DNA from: the human T2T-CHM13v2.0 reference genome, Homo sapiens
Assembly: GCF_009914755.1 (NCBI RefSeq)
Contig: NC_060928.1
Strand: one strand, 5' to 3'
DNA length: 64,000 bases
Made by a program: the position numbers and the translations under genes. Shown in pieces: positions 49,193 through 64,000 of the stretch. Position 1 is the stretch's first letter; every line of letters starts with the position of its first letter. Below the pieces are notes generated by a model. It had not been told where the DNA came from. It searched no databases and saw only the letters and a program-made list of their open reading frames with translations.

Positions 49193-50033
49193 TTTTATTT
49201 ATTTATTTTGTAATTTCACCTTTTAGATACAGGGGGTGTAAGTGCAGTTTATTAAATGGGTACATTGCATGATGTTGTGGTTTGCGGTACAGATCCCATC
49301 ACCCAGGTACTAAGTGTAGTACCCAATAGGTAGTTTTCAAACACACACTCCCCTCCCTCCCTTCCCTCCAGTAGTCCACAGTGCCTATTGTTCCCATCTT
49401 TATGTCCATGAGTACCCAGTATTTAGCTCCCAGTTATAAGTGAGAACAGGAGGTATTTGGTTTTCTGTTCCTGAATTAATTTACTTGAGATTATGGCCTC
49501 CAGCTGCATCCATGTTCCTTCAGAGGACATTATTTTTCCTTCTTAAAGGCTGCATAGTATTCCCCGGTGTATATGTACCACATTTTCTTTATCTAGTCCA
49601 CTTCTGATGGGCACCTAGGTTGATTCCATGTCTTTACTGTTGTGAATAGAGCTGTAATAACATACAAGTGCATGTGTCTTTTTGGTAGAATGATTTGTTT
49701 TCTTTGGGGTATATTCCCAGTAATGGGATTGCTGGGTTGAATTGTAGCTCTGTTTCAAGTTCTTTGTGAAATCTTCAAACTTCTTTCCACAGTGGTTGAA
49801 TTAATTTACATTCCCACTAACAACGTATAAGTGTTCCCTTTTCTTCACAGCCTTACCAGCATCTGTTATTATCTGACTTTTTAATAATAGCTATTCTCTG
49901 CAGTGAGCCCAGATTGCGCCACTGCACTCCAGCCTGTGTGAGAGAGTAAGACCCTGACTCAGAAAAATAATAATAAAAATAGTAATAGCCATTCTGATGC
50001 TGTGAGATGGTATCTTATTGTGGTTTTGATTTC
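49193..50033 (-). mobile_element. Older L1PA/L1PB 3' end
   Basis: Antisense 3'UTR and ORF2 tail, ATAAGTGAGAACA..CTCCAGCTGCATCCATGTT. Confidence 0.85.
49898..49978 (+). mobile_element. Severely 5'-truncated Alu (~80 bp)
   Basis: CTGCAGTGAGCC..GACCCTGACTCA plus A-rich tail; TSD AATAATAGCTATTCT / AGTAATAGCCATTCT. Confidence 0.88.
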
Positions 50034-50072
50034 TCAGCTCATTTTTTCACAAGTATTCTCTCTCTCTCTGAG

Positions 50073-50102
50073 ACACACACACACACACACACACACACAC
50101 CA
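50073..50102. repeat. (CA)n microsatellite
   Basis: Pure dinucleotide run. Confidence 0.95.
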
Positions 50103-50219
50103 GGTCCTTTTCCTAATCCTTTTCAAACCTGCCAGTGAGAATCTAATGCTTTAGTCACTTGAAAAGTACTCTGTATGCAGATTTGAAAAGAAGGCTATAT
50201 AGAGAGAACACTGGGATAG

Positions 50220-50593
50220 TGCTACAGTTTGGCTGTGTCCCCATTCAAACCTCATCTTAAATTGTGGTTCCCATAATCCCCATGTGTTGTGGGAGGGACC
50301 AGTGTGAGGTAATTGAATCATGGGGGCAGTTATCTCCATGCAGTTCTCGTGATAGCGAGTGAGTTCTCATGAGATCTGATGTTTTTATAAGGGGCTTTTC
50401 CCCACCCTCACTCGGCACTTCTCCTGCTGCCATCATGTGAAGAAGGTTATGTTTGTTTCCCCTTCCGCCATGATTGTAAGCTTCTTGAGGCCTCCCCAGC
50501 CCTGGGGAACTGTGAGTCAATTAAATTTATTTTCTTTATAAATTGCCAGTCTCAGACACATTTTTACTAGCAGCATGAGAACAGACTAATACA
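50220..50593 (+). mobile_element. THE1 (THE1D-like) solo LTR
   Basis: TGCTACAGTTTGGCTGTGTCCCC..GAGAACAGACTAATACA; TSD GATAG / TATAG. Confidence 0.9.
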
Positions 50594-50629
50594 TATAGTA
50601 AACACAAACTTCAGCTATGTGTTAATAAT

Positions 50630-50790
50630 AATGACCATTTATTATGTGCTGATTACATGTTTGTCACTAGAAGTATTTATCTCATATAATCCTACGAAAA
50701 AGGTATCATTGTCACATGTTAAAGGAAGAGAAAACTGAGGTTCAGAAAGGTTAAGTAACTTGTTTCAGGTCAAAGCATTAGTACATGACA
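50630..50790 (-). mobile_element. MIR
   Basis: AAAACTGAGGTTCAGAAAGGTTAAGTAACTTG. Confidence 0.8.
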
Positions 50791-50794
50791 GAGT

Positions 50795-51230
50795 GGCAGA
50801 TGTCCACACTTCTTTGAAGCTCATCCCACCAGGCTGGCCTTGTGAGTAGCTTTAACTGATAGAATGTAGCAGAAAAGACTTCCAAACTTTGACCTCAAGA
50901 AGGCTGGTAGCTTCTGCTCTTGCCTTTTGAACACTGCTATCTCATGAACAAAATTAGGCTCACCTCCTTGAGGAAGAGAGACTTTACAGAGATAGAGGCC
51001 CAGTTATCCCACTGTGGCAGCCAAACCAGACATATGAGGCAAGTGAAGCTATGTGGGACCAACCATCCTTCAGCCTATTTGCAAGCTAACTGTGGACATA
51101 TGAGTGAGCCCAGGTGAGCCATCCTAGGCTGAGCCCTGCCTAAATTGCCTACACATTATGGAAAATAAAGAGTTATTGTTTTGACCCAGTAAGTTACAGG
51201 ATGGTTTATTATGGAACAATATACAACTGA
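50795..51230 (+). mobile_element. MLT1-type MaLR LTR
   Basis: GGCTGGCCTTGTGA..CCAGACATATGAG..ATGAGTGAGCCCAGGTGAG..GCTGAGCCCTGCCTAAATTGCC..AATAAA. Confidence 0.7.
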
Positions 51231-51564
51231 GCTAAGATTTGAATTATAAGGAAGTCTAGCTCTAAAACTCTTCTGAGCCCAAAGCCATGATCCATCATAC
51301 ACTAACTCGTGGTCCATAACTGATTTTGGTCCTGCTTGTTCCTTTCAGAGTTCTAGCTCTAGACCTGGTATAATCCATATGTCACTTCTGATTTTTCTGT
51401 GCCTCCAACACCTTCACCACCCTTGGGCTGACTATCTTACCTTTCTTATCTTTGGGCTCCAGTCCTCCTTCAAGATTGCCCTAGGTGTCCTTTTTTGAGC
51501 TGTCTGCCTGGTAATCTGTATGTGGGGGTTCATGTTCTGATCCTGCTTGGGGTCTCTAGGAGAC

Positions 51565-51727
51565 TGTTTCTTAAATTGTACTGTGCTTACACATCTAACG
51601 ATTTTGTTAAAATGCACATTCTGCTTTAGGTGGTCTGGGGTAGGACCTGAGATGCTTCATTTCAAATAGGCTCCCAAGGTGATACTGACGCTACTTGCCA
51701 AAGGATCACACTTTGAGTAGCAAGGCT
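51565..51727. mobile_element. MER5 MITE
   Basis: TTGTTAAAATGCACATTCTG..GGTCTGGGGTAGGACCTGAGA..CACACTTTGAGTAGCAAGG. Confidence 0.78.
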
Positions 51728-51888
51728 GTAGGCTACTCTGCAAAGAAACTATTTCACTGCTTCCTCATTCACATAAATAATAGTCATAGCTGATGGGGAT
51801 CATGGCTGGATTCTTCAGCCAAAGAGGGAGTCTCAGCTGTGCATTTATCAGTGACCTGCATACTTGCCAGTTTAACCCAGGGAACAAT

Positions 51889-52850
<962 letters not shown>

Positions 52851-52997
52851 TGGTAAGTCCTTCTAAGACAAGTGCTGTCTCAGCCCTGACTAGATGAAGG
52901 ACTCAGTTTCCCTAGGGACCAATCAGCTACAAGAACCACTCCACCTTCCTCTACATCAACACACGTGCCTGTACCTGGAATGGTGAGAAACTGTCAT

Positions 52998-53302
52998 TCT
53001 TTTTTTTTTTTTTTTTTGAGACAGAGTTTTGCTCTTGTTGCCCAGGCTGGAGTGCAATGGCGCGATCTCAGCTCAAAACCTCCACCACAAGGGTTCAAGT
53101 GATTCTCCTGCTTCAGTCTCCTGAGTAGCTGGAATTACAGGTGCCAACCATCACACCTGGCTAATTTTTGTATTTTCAGTAGAGACGAGGTTTCACCATG
53201 TTGCCCAGGCTGGTCTCAAACTCCTGACTGACCTTAGGTGATCTGCCTGCCTCGGCCTCCCAAAGTGCTGGGATTACAGGTGTGAGCCACCACACCCGGT
53301 CC
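52998..53302 (-). mobile_element. AluSq/Sp-like
   Basis: TTTGCTCTTGTTGCCC diagnostic; TSD GAGAAACTGTCATTCTT / GAGAAACTATCATTCTT. Confidence 0.93.
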
Positions 53303-55400
53303 GAGAAACTATCATTCTTAACTTCTCTCTCCTGCCAAGAATCTACCTTTTTCCTTTTCTTCTAGACCTCACAAGGAGAGGGATGAGAGCTTGCTTTGTT
53401 TTACCCAGTCCTGGGTTTGCAGTGCAAAGGCCTACTTCTGGAATGATAAACTTCATCTTTAATTAGTCTAACACAGATAGGATCCAGAGAAGCAATGTGG
53501 TGTGAGACAGACAGGGTCCCTCCCCTCGAGATGGCCCAGTGAGAGATGGAGACAAGCTGTTGGGCACTACAGGTATGGCTACTACAATGGGGGAACACAG
53601 TATTCCTCTGAGCATTTAGGAAGGCACCCACTCTTGTTTTGGGAATGGGATTGGGGTGGGAACAGGAAAGGCTTCCCTAAGAAGTTATCACCTAAGGTGG
53701 ATATTAAAGAATAAATAACAGTTAGCCAGGCAAAAAGGAAGGAAAGGGTGGTAAGAGAACATCCTGAAAGAGAAAAGCCATTGTGTAAAATAATTTGAAG
53801 AACAAGTCATTAATTCAAGTGGCAATGGTAATTTGAGATATGCAAAACATCCTATTTCTTAGTATTTGAGATTTTGCTCCATCTTTTACAATTGTGCTTA
53901 CTTTTAGAAAGTGAATTCCATAGTGGAAAGCTTCCCTGAGGAATATGTGATAATTGGACAAAGCTTTGCTGACATTTACCTTTGCTGCATCTACAAAGAA
54001 ATAATTTGCTGAGATAACTAATAGAGCAACCAAAAGCAGATGTACCTAATCTACTTCAAGGACACTTTTTTTTCAGCATTTTGTAAGCACACTAAATGCA
54101 AATTATATTATGCATAAAATTAAAAATCAACCTCATCTAGTCATCAAAACAAGTTGTGGCTTAACATCTACCAGGAAACAGCCACTATAAAAATAAATTT
54201 GAATTTAATTACACAATGCAGCTTTTTAAAAGCCCTTTCCTTTTAACTTTGTATTAAGTTGTATTAAGTTAGCCTGACCTTCTTGTAATTTATCTCACCT
54301 CCAAGGTTTCACCAAATTTGATAGATGCTGAATTACCTGTGACTGACTTATGTTTTTTGTTAGCTTTGAATATGAAAAAGGAAGTTTCCAAATTCTTTTG
54401 TTAGTATCGGTTTAAACAGGACTATAATAATCAATCAAAATAAGCTCATTTATTAACACAATTTGAGTATCCCTTTTCCTAAATACATAGGATCAGAAGA
54501 GTTTTGGATTTGGGATTTTGGGGGATTTTGAAACATTTGCATATACATAATGAGATATGAGACCCAAGACTAAACACAAAGTGCACTTATGTTTTGTATA
54601 TACCTTATTCACACAGCCTGAAGCTCATTTAATACACTATTTTAATAATGCGCATGAAACAAAGTTGTGTACACTGAATCGTCAGATGGCAAAGGTGTCA
54701 TTATCTCAGCCACTCATGTGGACAATCTGTGGTTGTTTGACATCATCCTCATTCCTGACTTTGAATTTATATGCTACAAATTAACAATCATTTTCACTTA
54801 TTCACACATAAGTACTTAACAGTAAAAAAACAACATCCCATTAATACAGTTAAAAAATAGTATGTTCAGGATAACTCAGCAGCACAGTAGCTTCACTAGA
54901 ACACCTGCATCAGCTGCTAAACAACGGTAGCAACGAATAACAGCAGGCTTTCAGCCTCCACCTATGATGCTGTGTTGTGATTAAAAGGTTACTGTCCACT
55001 GTGTTTTATATTTTTAGGTGAGAAGAAACATCAGAAGAAGTCGAAGGACCAGGAAGTGGGTCTTCTAGGGACTAGGAGGCATTCTGCTGAATGGCTTTTA
55101 AAAATGTTTCCTCTAGACTCTTCTGCCTCATTAACAACGGTTGCTGTCTCAGAAGTCTCTTTGATTTTGTAAACTGTCATGATTTCTCGTTCTTGAATGA
55201 ATGCACACTGCTCTAGTCCTTCAATAAGCCCATCACACATTTTCACCATGTTGTCTATAGGCACTTTTTCTGTAGTGTTAACAAAATCAAATTTATGACT
55301 ATTATGACAATTACCTTGATTCAGAACCATTTTGGTTATTCTACCATCAGGTGGTGAATGAACAACTGGAGCCTCATTATCGATGTCAAAAATTTCTTCA

Positions 55401-56327
<927 letters not shown>

Positions 56328-57177
56328 TTAATATAAGAAGAAAGTAAAAAAACTTCTTCCAGCTTCACTAATGGACTCCAAAGGTATATTTTTTGCATAT
56401 GTAAGAAGGCCAGACATCATTTTTTTTCTCACTTGACATACAGAATCATTCAAACTTGTCACCTTGCTCGTCATCATCACTGAACACAGTTGCAGGCCAG
56501 AAGTTGTGCCAGACATGCCCAACCATGTGTTTAGTCATTGTGTTCCAAGCACTGGCAATAGCATATATAGTATCCTTCAGGCTAAACTCCTTTTGAAAAC
56601 TTTCCACAGCCACGCCTCTGTTCACTATTGCTAGCATGCTGTTCAAAAAGTTTATTGATCTAAGGATAGCATGGTCATATGGCTAAATTAATAAAGTTAT
56701 CTTTGTGAGAAAGTATATGACATAAACATTTCTGCTGAGGATCTCAGGTGAAGGATGAGCAGAACAGTTGTCAAGGAATAACAAGATCTTGGAGTGGACA
56801 TCCGGTTCAGCTTTTCTGCAGTGTGCATGAACCACTGGTACAAAATATTTGAGAAACTGCCAGAAAAAAATGTCCTTGGTGATCCATGCCTTTTTGTTGG
56901 CATAATAATGGACTAGTTAAGAAATTCACTCCTTGTAAACATCAAGTATGCATGCTTTTGCCTATCACAGCAAGTTTACACTCTGTGTGGCTGTTGCATT
57001 AGCACATCCCAGCACAGTTATTCTATCCTTAGTATCCTGAATTCCTACAGGAGCTGCCTCATCAGCTGTAGTCAGAGTCTTTCTGGGGTAATAATGCCAA
57101 AACAGAGATGTTTCATCAGCATTATAGACTTTTTCTGGGATAAGACTCATCAGCAATGACCTTGTCAAACTGATACA

Positions 57178-57506
57178 CTTTTATGTGTTTTATTTTATTT
57201 TGTTTTTTATTTTTTAAGAGACAGGGTCTCACTCTGTCATCCAGGTAGGAGTGCAGTGCAGTGGCATGATCAGAGCCCACCGTAGCCTCAAATTCCTGGG
57301 CTCAAGTGGTCCTTCAGCCTCAGCTTCTGGAGTATCTAGGACTACAGGCATGAACCACCACCCAGCTAATTTTTTTTAAAAAGATTTGTAGCAATTGGGT
57401 CACCCTATTTTGCCCAGGCTGGTCTCAAACTCCTGGGCTCAAGCAATCCTCCTGCCTCACCCTCCCAAAGAGGTGGGATTACAGGCATGCGCCACTGCAT
57501 CCAGCT
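57178..57506 (-). mobile_element. AluJ
   Basis: Full dimer inside the Tigger4 ORF. Confidence 0.9.
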
Positions 57507-58567
57507 GATGCTGGCAAACTCATCAATGAATTGCTCCGCTGCTTCACGATCAGCAGAAGTTTTATCACCACAAATCTTTAAAAATTTAATGCCATATCTA
57601 TTCCTAAATTTCTGCAACCAGCCTATTGACTAATCATAGTTCTCTTCACTTTTCAATTCATCGTGACAGATCTTTGCTTGTTTCATGATCTACATACTAT
57701 GGAGTGGCATGTGTTTGTTCACTGCAACACTGACAACCCACTCTTTCAATACATGATTGAGGTCTTTATTTTTAGCTTTATGCAGTGTTTTTCTATTTTT
57801 AATTAACTTCTATTCATCACTTTCAGCATAGAACTTCAACAGTCCTGTTTCTTCATGTCATACAGGGTGGTCATTCTAACACCACACTGCTGTAAGATGA
57901 TTCACACTTATACCACTGTCCAGTTTGTCCAATAGCTTGACTCTCTGTGCTATAGATAAATATTCTTCCTCTTTCTCTTACCACTGTTACCCATAGGGGT
58001 ATCTGTAGGGCTTTTTGGTATTTTCAACAATATCTTTACAGAGAGTAAGCAAAAATAAAGTAAGTAATGCACGTGGGTCTTGGTCCCATGTAGGGCATCA
58101 TGGGGAACCTGCTGTTTGCATATCTGGCCTGCACACATGCCATGTTATTACCTTTTGTGGGTGTGCTTGCATGAAGGAATCTGGGCATGCCTAGAAAATA
58201 TACATCACAATTAAAGGGCCTGGGAGGGTGTTTCTTTGCTCGGGGACACTGAAGGAATTGTGTGTTGTGCATCTGTGTTTTGACTTCGACTCATCACGTG
58301 AGGTCAGCTGTGAAGTTTTCCACTTGTGGTGTCATGTCAGCACTCAAAAAGTTTCAGATTTTCAAGCATTTTGGATTTGGGGTTTTCATATTAAGGATGC
58401 CCAACCTCTTTATTCAGTTGTCTTATGGGGAATTGAGTCCAGTGAAGGGTATCAAGGAATCATAAAATGTTGAGCAGGGAAGTAGTTCAGAAATTTCCAA
58501 ACTCAAAGTCCTCTAGAGAGATGAAGTATTTCCCCTAAGTTCACGATGCTTAGTGAAAATGTCAGTA

Positions 58568-58880
58568 CAGGTTCATCTTTTTTTGTTGCAATTCTGAAAT
58601 CTCAAAGTCGAAATCTTAAAATCCAAAGTTTTGTTTTTTAAAAATTTAGTGCCTAACTTATACAGCAAAACGTGCCCTACACCAACATGAGGCTATCCAT
58701 CCTACTTAATATGAATATTCATACATTTTCCTGAAGACACGCTGATGTGCTGGATTACAGAAAACTTTCCAGGACCTCCATGGAGGTGTATATACACCAT
58801 GAAGCTTTTCTACAGTCTGAAGAATTCTAAGTTACAAAACAAATCTGGTCTCAAGGGTTCTGGATAACAAGTTTTATGAA
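58568..58880 (-). mobile_element. MER46C-like Tigger MITE
   Basis: TA-CAGGTTCA start; GCAATTCTGAAAT..ATGAGGCTAT..TGAATATTCATAC..ATCTGGTCTCAAGGGTTCTGGATAA. Confidence 0.7.
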
Positions 58881-58979
58881 TCCCTAATAATAGTCATTAA
58901 TTACTGGGCATTTGCTTTGCACCACATATTGTCCTACAATTTTAGATGCATTTTCATAACTTTGATTTGACACATTCCA

Positions 58980-60320
58980 CTCTGACCTCACCTGCTATCT
59001 TTCCAGCTCACTAATTCTATTACCCCAATTCCAAACCTTTTAAACCAAGGGTCTCTCCACCATTGGTCCTTCTCCCACTTCACACTTGAGGTCCTATCTT
59101 CTCTTTATAATTACCTGACTTAAATGCTTTGGTCAATTATTATGCTGTAAATACTCACTTCAGAATCCCTCAAATCCCTTGCCCTTCTCTGGCTTTGACT
59201 TATTTGTTTAGCAAAACACAACCCTAGTGAAACCCACCTCTTTCCCTGCACTGGAATGGTTGAATATGTCTGGTGAAAACCATGCTGACTGATCTCGTTT
59301 TGAGTTCATAGTCATTAACCCTTAACTGGGCCCTTAATGCTGCCTGGCATTCATAGCCAGGCATGAGGTTCACAGCAGGATGAGGTTCCCCTCATCCATT
59401 CACTCTCCTGTTCTCCTAGAGAACAAGCTCATACTTCCTTCTTCCCCTCAAGAATACTCCTTTCCCCACTTACTCTTAGGTGATTACTATGCTACCTATT
59501 TCTCTAAGAAAAGTGAGAGAAGCAGAAGAAAACCTCCACAGACTCCCACAACCACATACTCTCCTACCAGTCACTGTACCCACACTCTCAGCCTTCCTGC
59601 CTAGTCCCTATGAAAACTCCCCATGAGTCCCTGGCACCAACCCCTCTCATACTCAAGCACATTCTCCTCTTTCCTGCATCGTCAATTTTCACCCAATCAT
59701 TCACAGAGTTAGATCAACAACACAAACCTCCCATAGCCACCCACCCACATCAGCAATCTGTTAAATGATTAGTTAGACGGGCTCCCCCATTTCACACCAA
59801 GCTCTGACAATAGCCTCAAGGTCCTATACAACCTGATCTGCAGTTACTTCACTTCTGCCTCTCCAACCACTCTGTCTTCTTTGATCTTTGCTGTCAAACA
59901 TGCCTGACATACTCCTGTCCTCTGGCCTTTGTAATGGCTCTTCCCTTTGCCTTGAATCTGCTGCCTCTAGATATCCACATGGCTTACTCCCTCACCAGCT
60001 TCACATCTTTGCTCATGTTATCTTCTCAATGGAGGCTACCCTGTCTCCCCTATACAAAATTGTAACCCACTACCAGCCTCCCATATCCCCCAACCCTGTC
60101 TTTGGAACCCTTACCCTGCACTGCTATTTTCTTAGCACACAGAACTTCTAACATATTAATATATTTTCTTATGGTTATGGTGTTTTATTTGCTTCCCATC
60201 CCCCTCCCCTCACTAGACTGTACATGCCACAAAGGATCTGTATTCTGTTCACTGACATATCCCAAACACCTGGAACAATGCCTGACACATAGTAGGCATT
60301 CAGTCCATGCAGAATGAATG
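58980..60320 (+). mobile_element. L2 (L2a-like) relic
   Basis: Pyrimidine-rich L2 body; 3' end CTGGAACAATGCCTGACACATAGTAGGCATTCAG..GAATGAATG. Confidence 0.75.
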
Positions 60321-60735
60321 TCATAGTTTAAATTTCACAAAAATCTAATGTGTTAGGTTTTATATTATCTTTATTTTATATATGAAGAAACAGACTAAGT
60401 TTTAAAAATAGGCCCATGGTCAAGTTACAAGAAAGGGAGACAGCCAGGAGCCCAGTCTTCCTGATTCCACAGTCTACTTGCTAAATGGCCAGGCCATGTG
60501 GCCTCCCTACAGTGCGCTTGCCTCAAGGTTTGGAATAAACATGTTGAACTGCATCTACCGTCAATAAACCATCATCAAATGCCACAGAAGTTTATTGTGT
60601 CCTCTTGGGGTACATGACAGCTTGGTAGTTTTGATCTAACATCAAATTCTACTCAATTTACTTCCTGACTCCAGAAGATAACAGGTCCAAAAGCTCATCT
60701 ATTCTAGGCCAAAGAGGTTGGTTTCATTCATGTAT

Positions 60736-61083
60736 CTTTTTTTTTTTTTTTTTTTTTGAGACAGAGTCTCACTCTGTTGCCCAGGCTGTGTGCAGTGGCA
60801 CGACCTCAGCTCACTGCAACCTCTGCCTCAGTCTCCTGAGTAGCTGGGATTACAGCAGTGCACCATCATGCCTGGCTAATTTTTGTATTTTTAGTAGAGA
60901 CGGATTTTCACTATGTTGGCCAGGCTTGTCTCAAACTCTTGACCTCAAGTGATCCACCCCTGCCTCAGCCTCCTAAAGTGCTGGCCAGGCTGGTCTAGAA
61001 CTCCTGACCTCAAGTGATCCGCCTTGAGGTCACTTGGCCTCCCAAAGTGCTGGGATTACAGGGGTGAGCCACTGCGCCTGGCC
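60736..61083 (-). mobile_element. Rearranged AluS
   Basis: Internal deletion near 60825, ~65-bp tandem duplication, and inverted 10-mer at 61005-61032. Confidence 0.9.
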
Positions 61084-61732
61084 ATTTATCCACTGATTCA
61101 TTCATTTATTGAGCACCGACATGCTGAGGGTATCCTGTAGATGGTTGATTTGGATGCAGTCAGTAAACCAAATTTCTCTTCTTGAAACTACCATGAAGGA
61201 AAAAATGCCCACATCATTTTTGGAACTAAATCCACAGATGAAAAATCATCTTTTCTCTAACTGCATCAGAACTAATGCTACTCCCTCCAGCTCAGGAAGA
61301 GCCTCCTATCCCAGCCCCTGTGCTAGGGCCTCCATTCCAGTGGAAGTAAATGTGAGCTACATGACTGATAGTTTACTACTTCTGAATAGCTTTGTACTGG
61401 AATTTGGAAGGAATGTGTATAGTGCTCAATATGAAGCTCAGTTTGGCTTCAGGGACCATTTTAATTAAATTAATTATCTCTAAAAGAAACACTTAGAGTT
61501 GTTTAAGCCTAAACAATAGGTACTTGTTCTCATTTCTAATAGGAGTCACATTGTTCAGAGAGTTCTCTTGGTGAGCTGAGGACAATGTTACCACCAGCTA
61601 TTTAAGGAAGACCTTCCCCTTCTTGCCCCATGCCTTCCCTCTCACACACAGGAGAGAGGCTTTCAGAGAAGTGGGATGGAGGGCCTGGCACATTAATGTA
61701 CCAAATCTACAAATGCACTCCACTGCTTTCTT

Positions 61733-62349
61733 TTTTGTTGTTTTTTGATTTTTTTGTTTTGTTTTGTTTTACAGCCAGAGGTCTTTTATTTTATTTTATT
61801 TTATTTTATTTTATTTTATTTTATTAACACCTATGATGCCATGAATTCACAGGGAATAGGTTCCAGCAGCTCAGGCTCCTTCCCACAAGCTTTCACAAAG
61901 TGCGCTTCTCTGGGTGGAGCAGGCTGGTGCTTCACTTGAACCCAGGTACCTTCCTCTTTGGCTTCTTTCTTTTTCTGATCATTTTCCTTCACACATTTCA
62001 GGAAGCTATCTCGGCTCTTACAGTGCTTAATGTGCTCAATATGCACATTAATTCTCTTGGCAAGAATCTTACCCTTGTTTACAACAATGCCAACAGCATG
62101 CTGGGGAACACTGTAGACTTTCAGTTTTGCCATGGTAACACTTGTGGGGCATTCCTTTTTGAACAGTATCCATTCCGTTGATGTGTACCATATCACCTTT
62201 CTTATAGATTCGCATATTTGTAACCAAAGGAACAAGTCCATGTTTTCTAAAAGGCCTAGAGAATGTATACCGGTGCCTCTCCTCTTCCCCCTTTGTGTTC
62301 ATCATTGTGGCAAATTACTGGAAGGTGGCAGTTTTGGCCGAAAGGAAGG
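61733..62349 (-). pseudogene. RPL21: Full-length processed pseudogene of RPL21 (60S ribosomal protein L21)
   Basis: ATG at 62305 gives [31 protein letters not shown]-like [16 protein letters not shown]. After a frameshift: [36 protein letters not shown], stop 61831-61833. Pyrimidine 5' end CCTTCCTTTCGGCC, degenerate A tail, TSD ACTGCTTTCTT (61722-61732) / ACTGCTTCCTT (62350-62360). Symbol names the parent gene. Confidence 0.96.
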
Positions 62350-62644
62350 ACTGCTTCCTTAACTTTCCTAACTCATATGTGTCTTGTGTTTGTTTCTGTT
62401 GTGGATTCTTAGTCACATGGCCTTGTTCTGTATGGTCTGCATTTTCAGGAAAAGCATCCCAGCCTAAGTGGCCCTTGTACCCGTGAAGAAATAGGCAGTG
62501 TCACTTTTACTTTGTGTTCTCCTTTCCTCCACCATTTCCTCCTAGTGTGTCCTTGTTTTCAGAAACACTAGACTGATTTTTAAAAATAATATTGTATACT
62601 CCGCCTCATTGCAAGAAGACTCAATCTGGCTTCTTCGCTCCATT

Positions 62645-63077
<433 letters not shown>

Positions 63078-63165
63078 TAGGAGGGCTCTCTTCACCCCCG
63101 ACATTCACTTTTCAGAGCTGTGTGTTATTTTTAAGGATGCATCATGGCTTTGTGGGAAAGCCTTA

Positions 63166-63223
63166 GTGTGTGTGTGTGTATGTGTGTGTGTGTATGTATG
63201 TGTGTGTGTGTGTGTGTGTGTGT
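63166..63223. repeat. Interrupted (TG)n microsatellite
   Basis: TG run with TA interruptions. Confidence 0.95.
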
Positions 63224-63626
63224 AATTCCAGTCAAAGGTAAGAGTGTTTAAAGCTTTTCTGTGTTGTGCTAAGCCCTTCTCCCTGAGTCTTCTCTCTTAG
63301 ATACAGTGTGATTCATCTAACTCCAGTGACTAATGGCCATGCCAAGTACAGGGTGTTGGTCTCTGTTCTTTGGTCTCTCTCTCAGTGACTGAAGAGTGGA
63401 CAAGGCACACAAAAGAGAGCTCTAAAGGCAGTCAATCAATACTGCAGACTGACTGACAATGGCAGTATTAAGTGCCATAGTGGTTGGGTTTACTGGAATG
63501 AGTGCAAAATAAGGACCAGAGCTGGCCAAATTAGCTTTACATAATAACACTAGGCAATTGGTATTGGAAGAGATGGCTAAAGCCCAGGCCACAGGATAAG
63601 CAGGTCCCTTCCAGCTTTGACTATAG

Positions 63627-63946
63627 TTTTGGTGTTTGTTTTTTTGTTTTGTTTTGTTTTTGTTTTTTTGTGAGACAGGGTCTCTATCTCCCAGGCTGGA
63701 GTGCAGTGGTATGATCCTGGCTCACTGCAGCCTTGACTTCCTGGGCTCAAGCAATCCTCCCACTCAGCATCCCAAATAGCTGGGACTACAAGCAGGCCAC
63801 CACGGCTGGCTAATTTTTGTATTTTCTGTAGAGACAGGGTTTTGTCATGTTTTCCAGGCTGGTCTCGAACTCCTGAGCTCAAGTGATTTGCCTGCCTCAG
63901 CCTCCCAAAGTGCTGAGATTACAGGTGTGAGCCACCGTGCTCAGCC
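63627..63946 (-). mobile_element. AluJ
   Basis: Full dimer with (TTTTG)n tail. Confidence 0.92.
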
Positions 63947-64000
63947 TTCACCTTTAACTATCTGTAGTTATTTAGCAAGTAGGACTTGGTCTGCAGCACA

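Noticed and set aside
61831-62305. RPL21-like ORFs as a functional retrogene
   Set aside because: CDS is split over two frames, lacks QVK and carries many substitutions

Overview
Primate (human-like) euchromatic intergenic or intronic DNA. I recognise no intact protein-coding exon, no RNA gene and no CRISPR array. Much of the window is interspersed repeat: about 30 Alus, L1s of several ages, MIR/L2 relics, ERVL/MaLR/ERV1 solo LTRs, and DNA-transposon fossils (Arthur1/MER69 with TSD, MER82, near-full-length Tigger4/Zombi, MER46C, MER3, MER5). There are two minus-strand processed pseudogenes, NABP2 (~2.45-3.42 kb) and RPL21 (~61.7-62.35 kb). I found no convincing new biological system. The most unusual signals are: (1) a solitary ancient-type alpha-satellite monomer with an exact 15-bp terminal direct repeat, inside an MLT2 LTR at 23.2 kb; (2) two candidate chimeric retro-insertions that each appear to share one TSD (tail-less Alu+L1PA at 13.6 kb; Alu+NABP2 mRNA at 2.4-3.8 kb); (3) a ~145-bp inverted duplication at 51.9/52.7 kb that independent repeat insertion does not explain; (4) a twin-primed L1 carrying a nested 144-bp L1PA2; (5) a compact hairpin/tandem cluster at 32.2 kb. 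Family and subfamily names come from recalled consensus sequences, not database searches. Boundaries of old elements are approximate.
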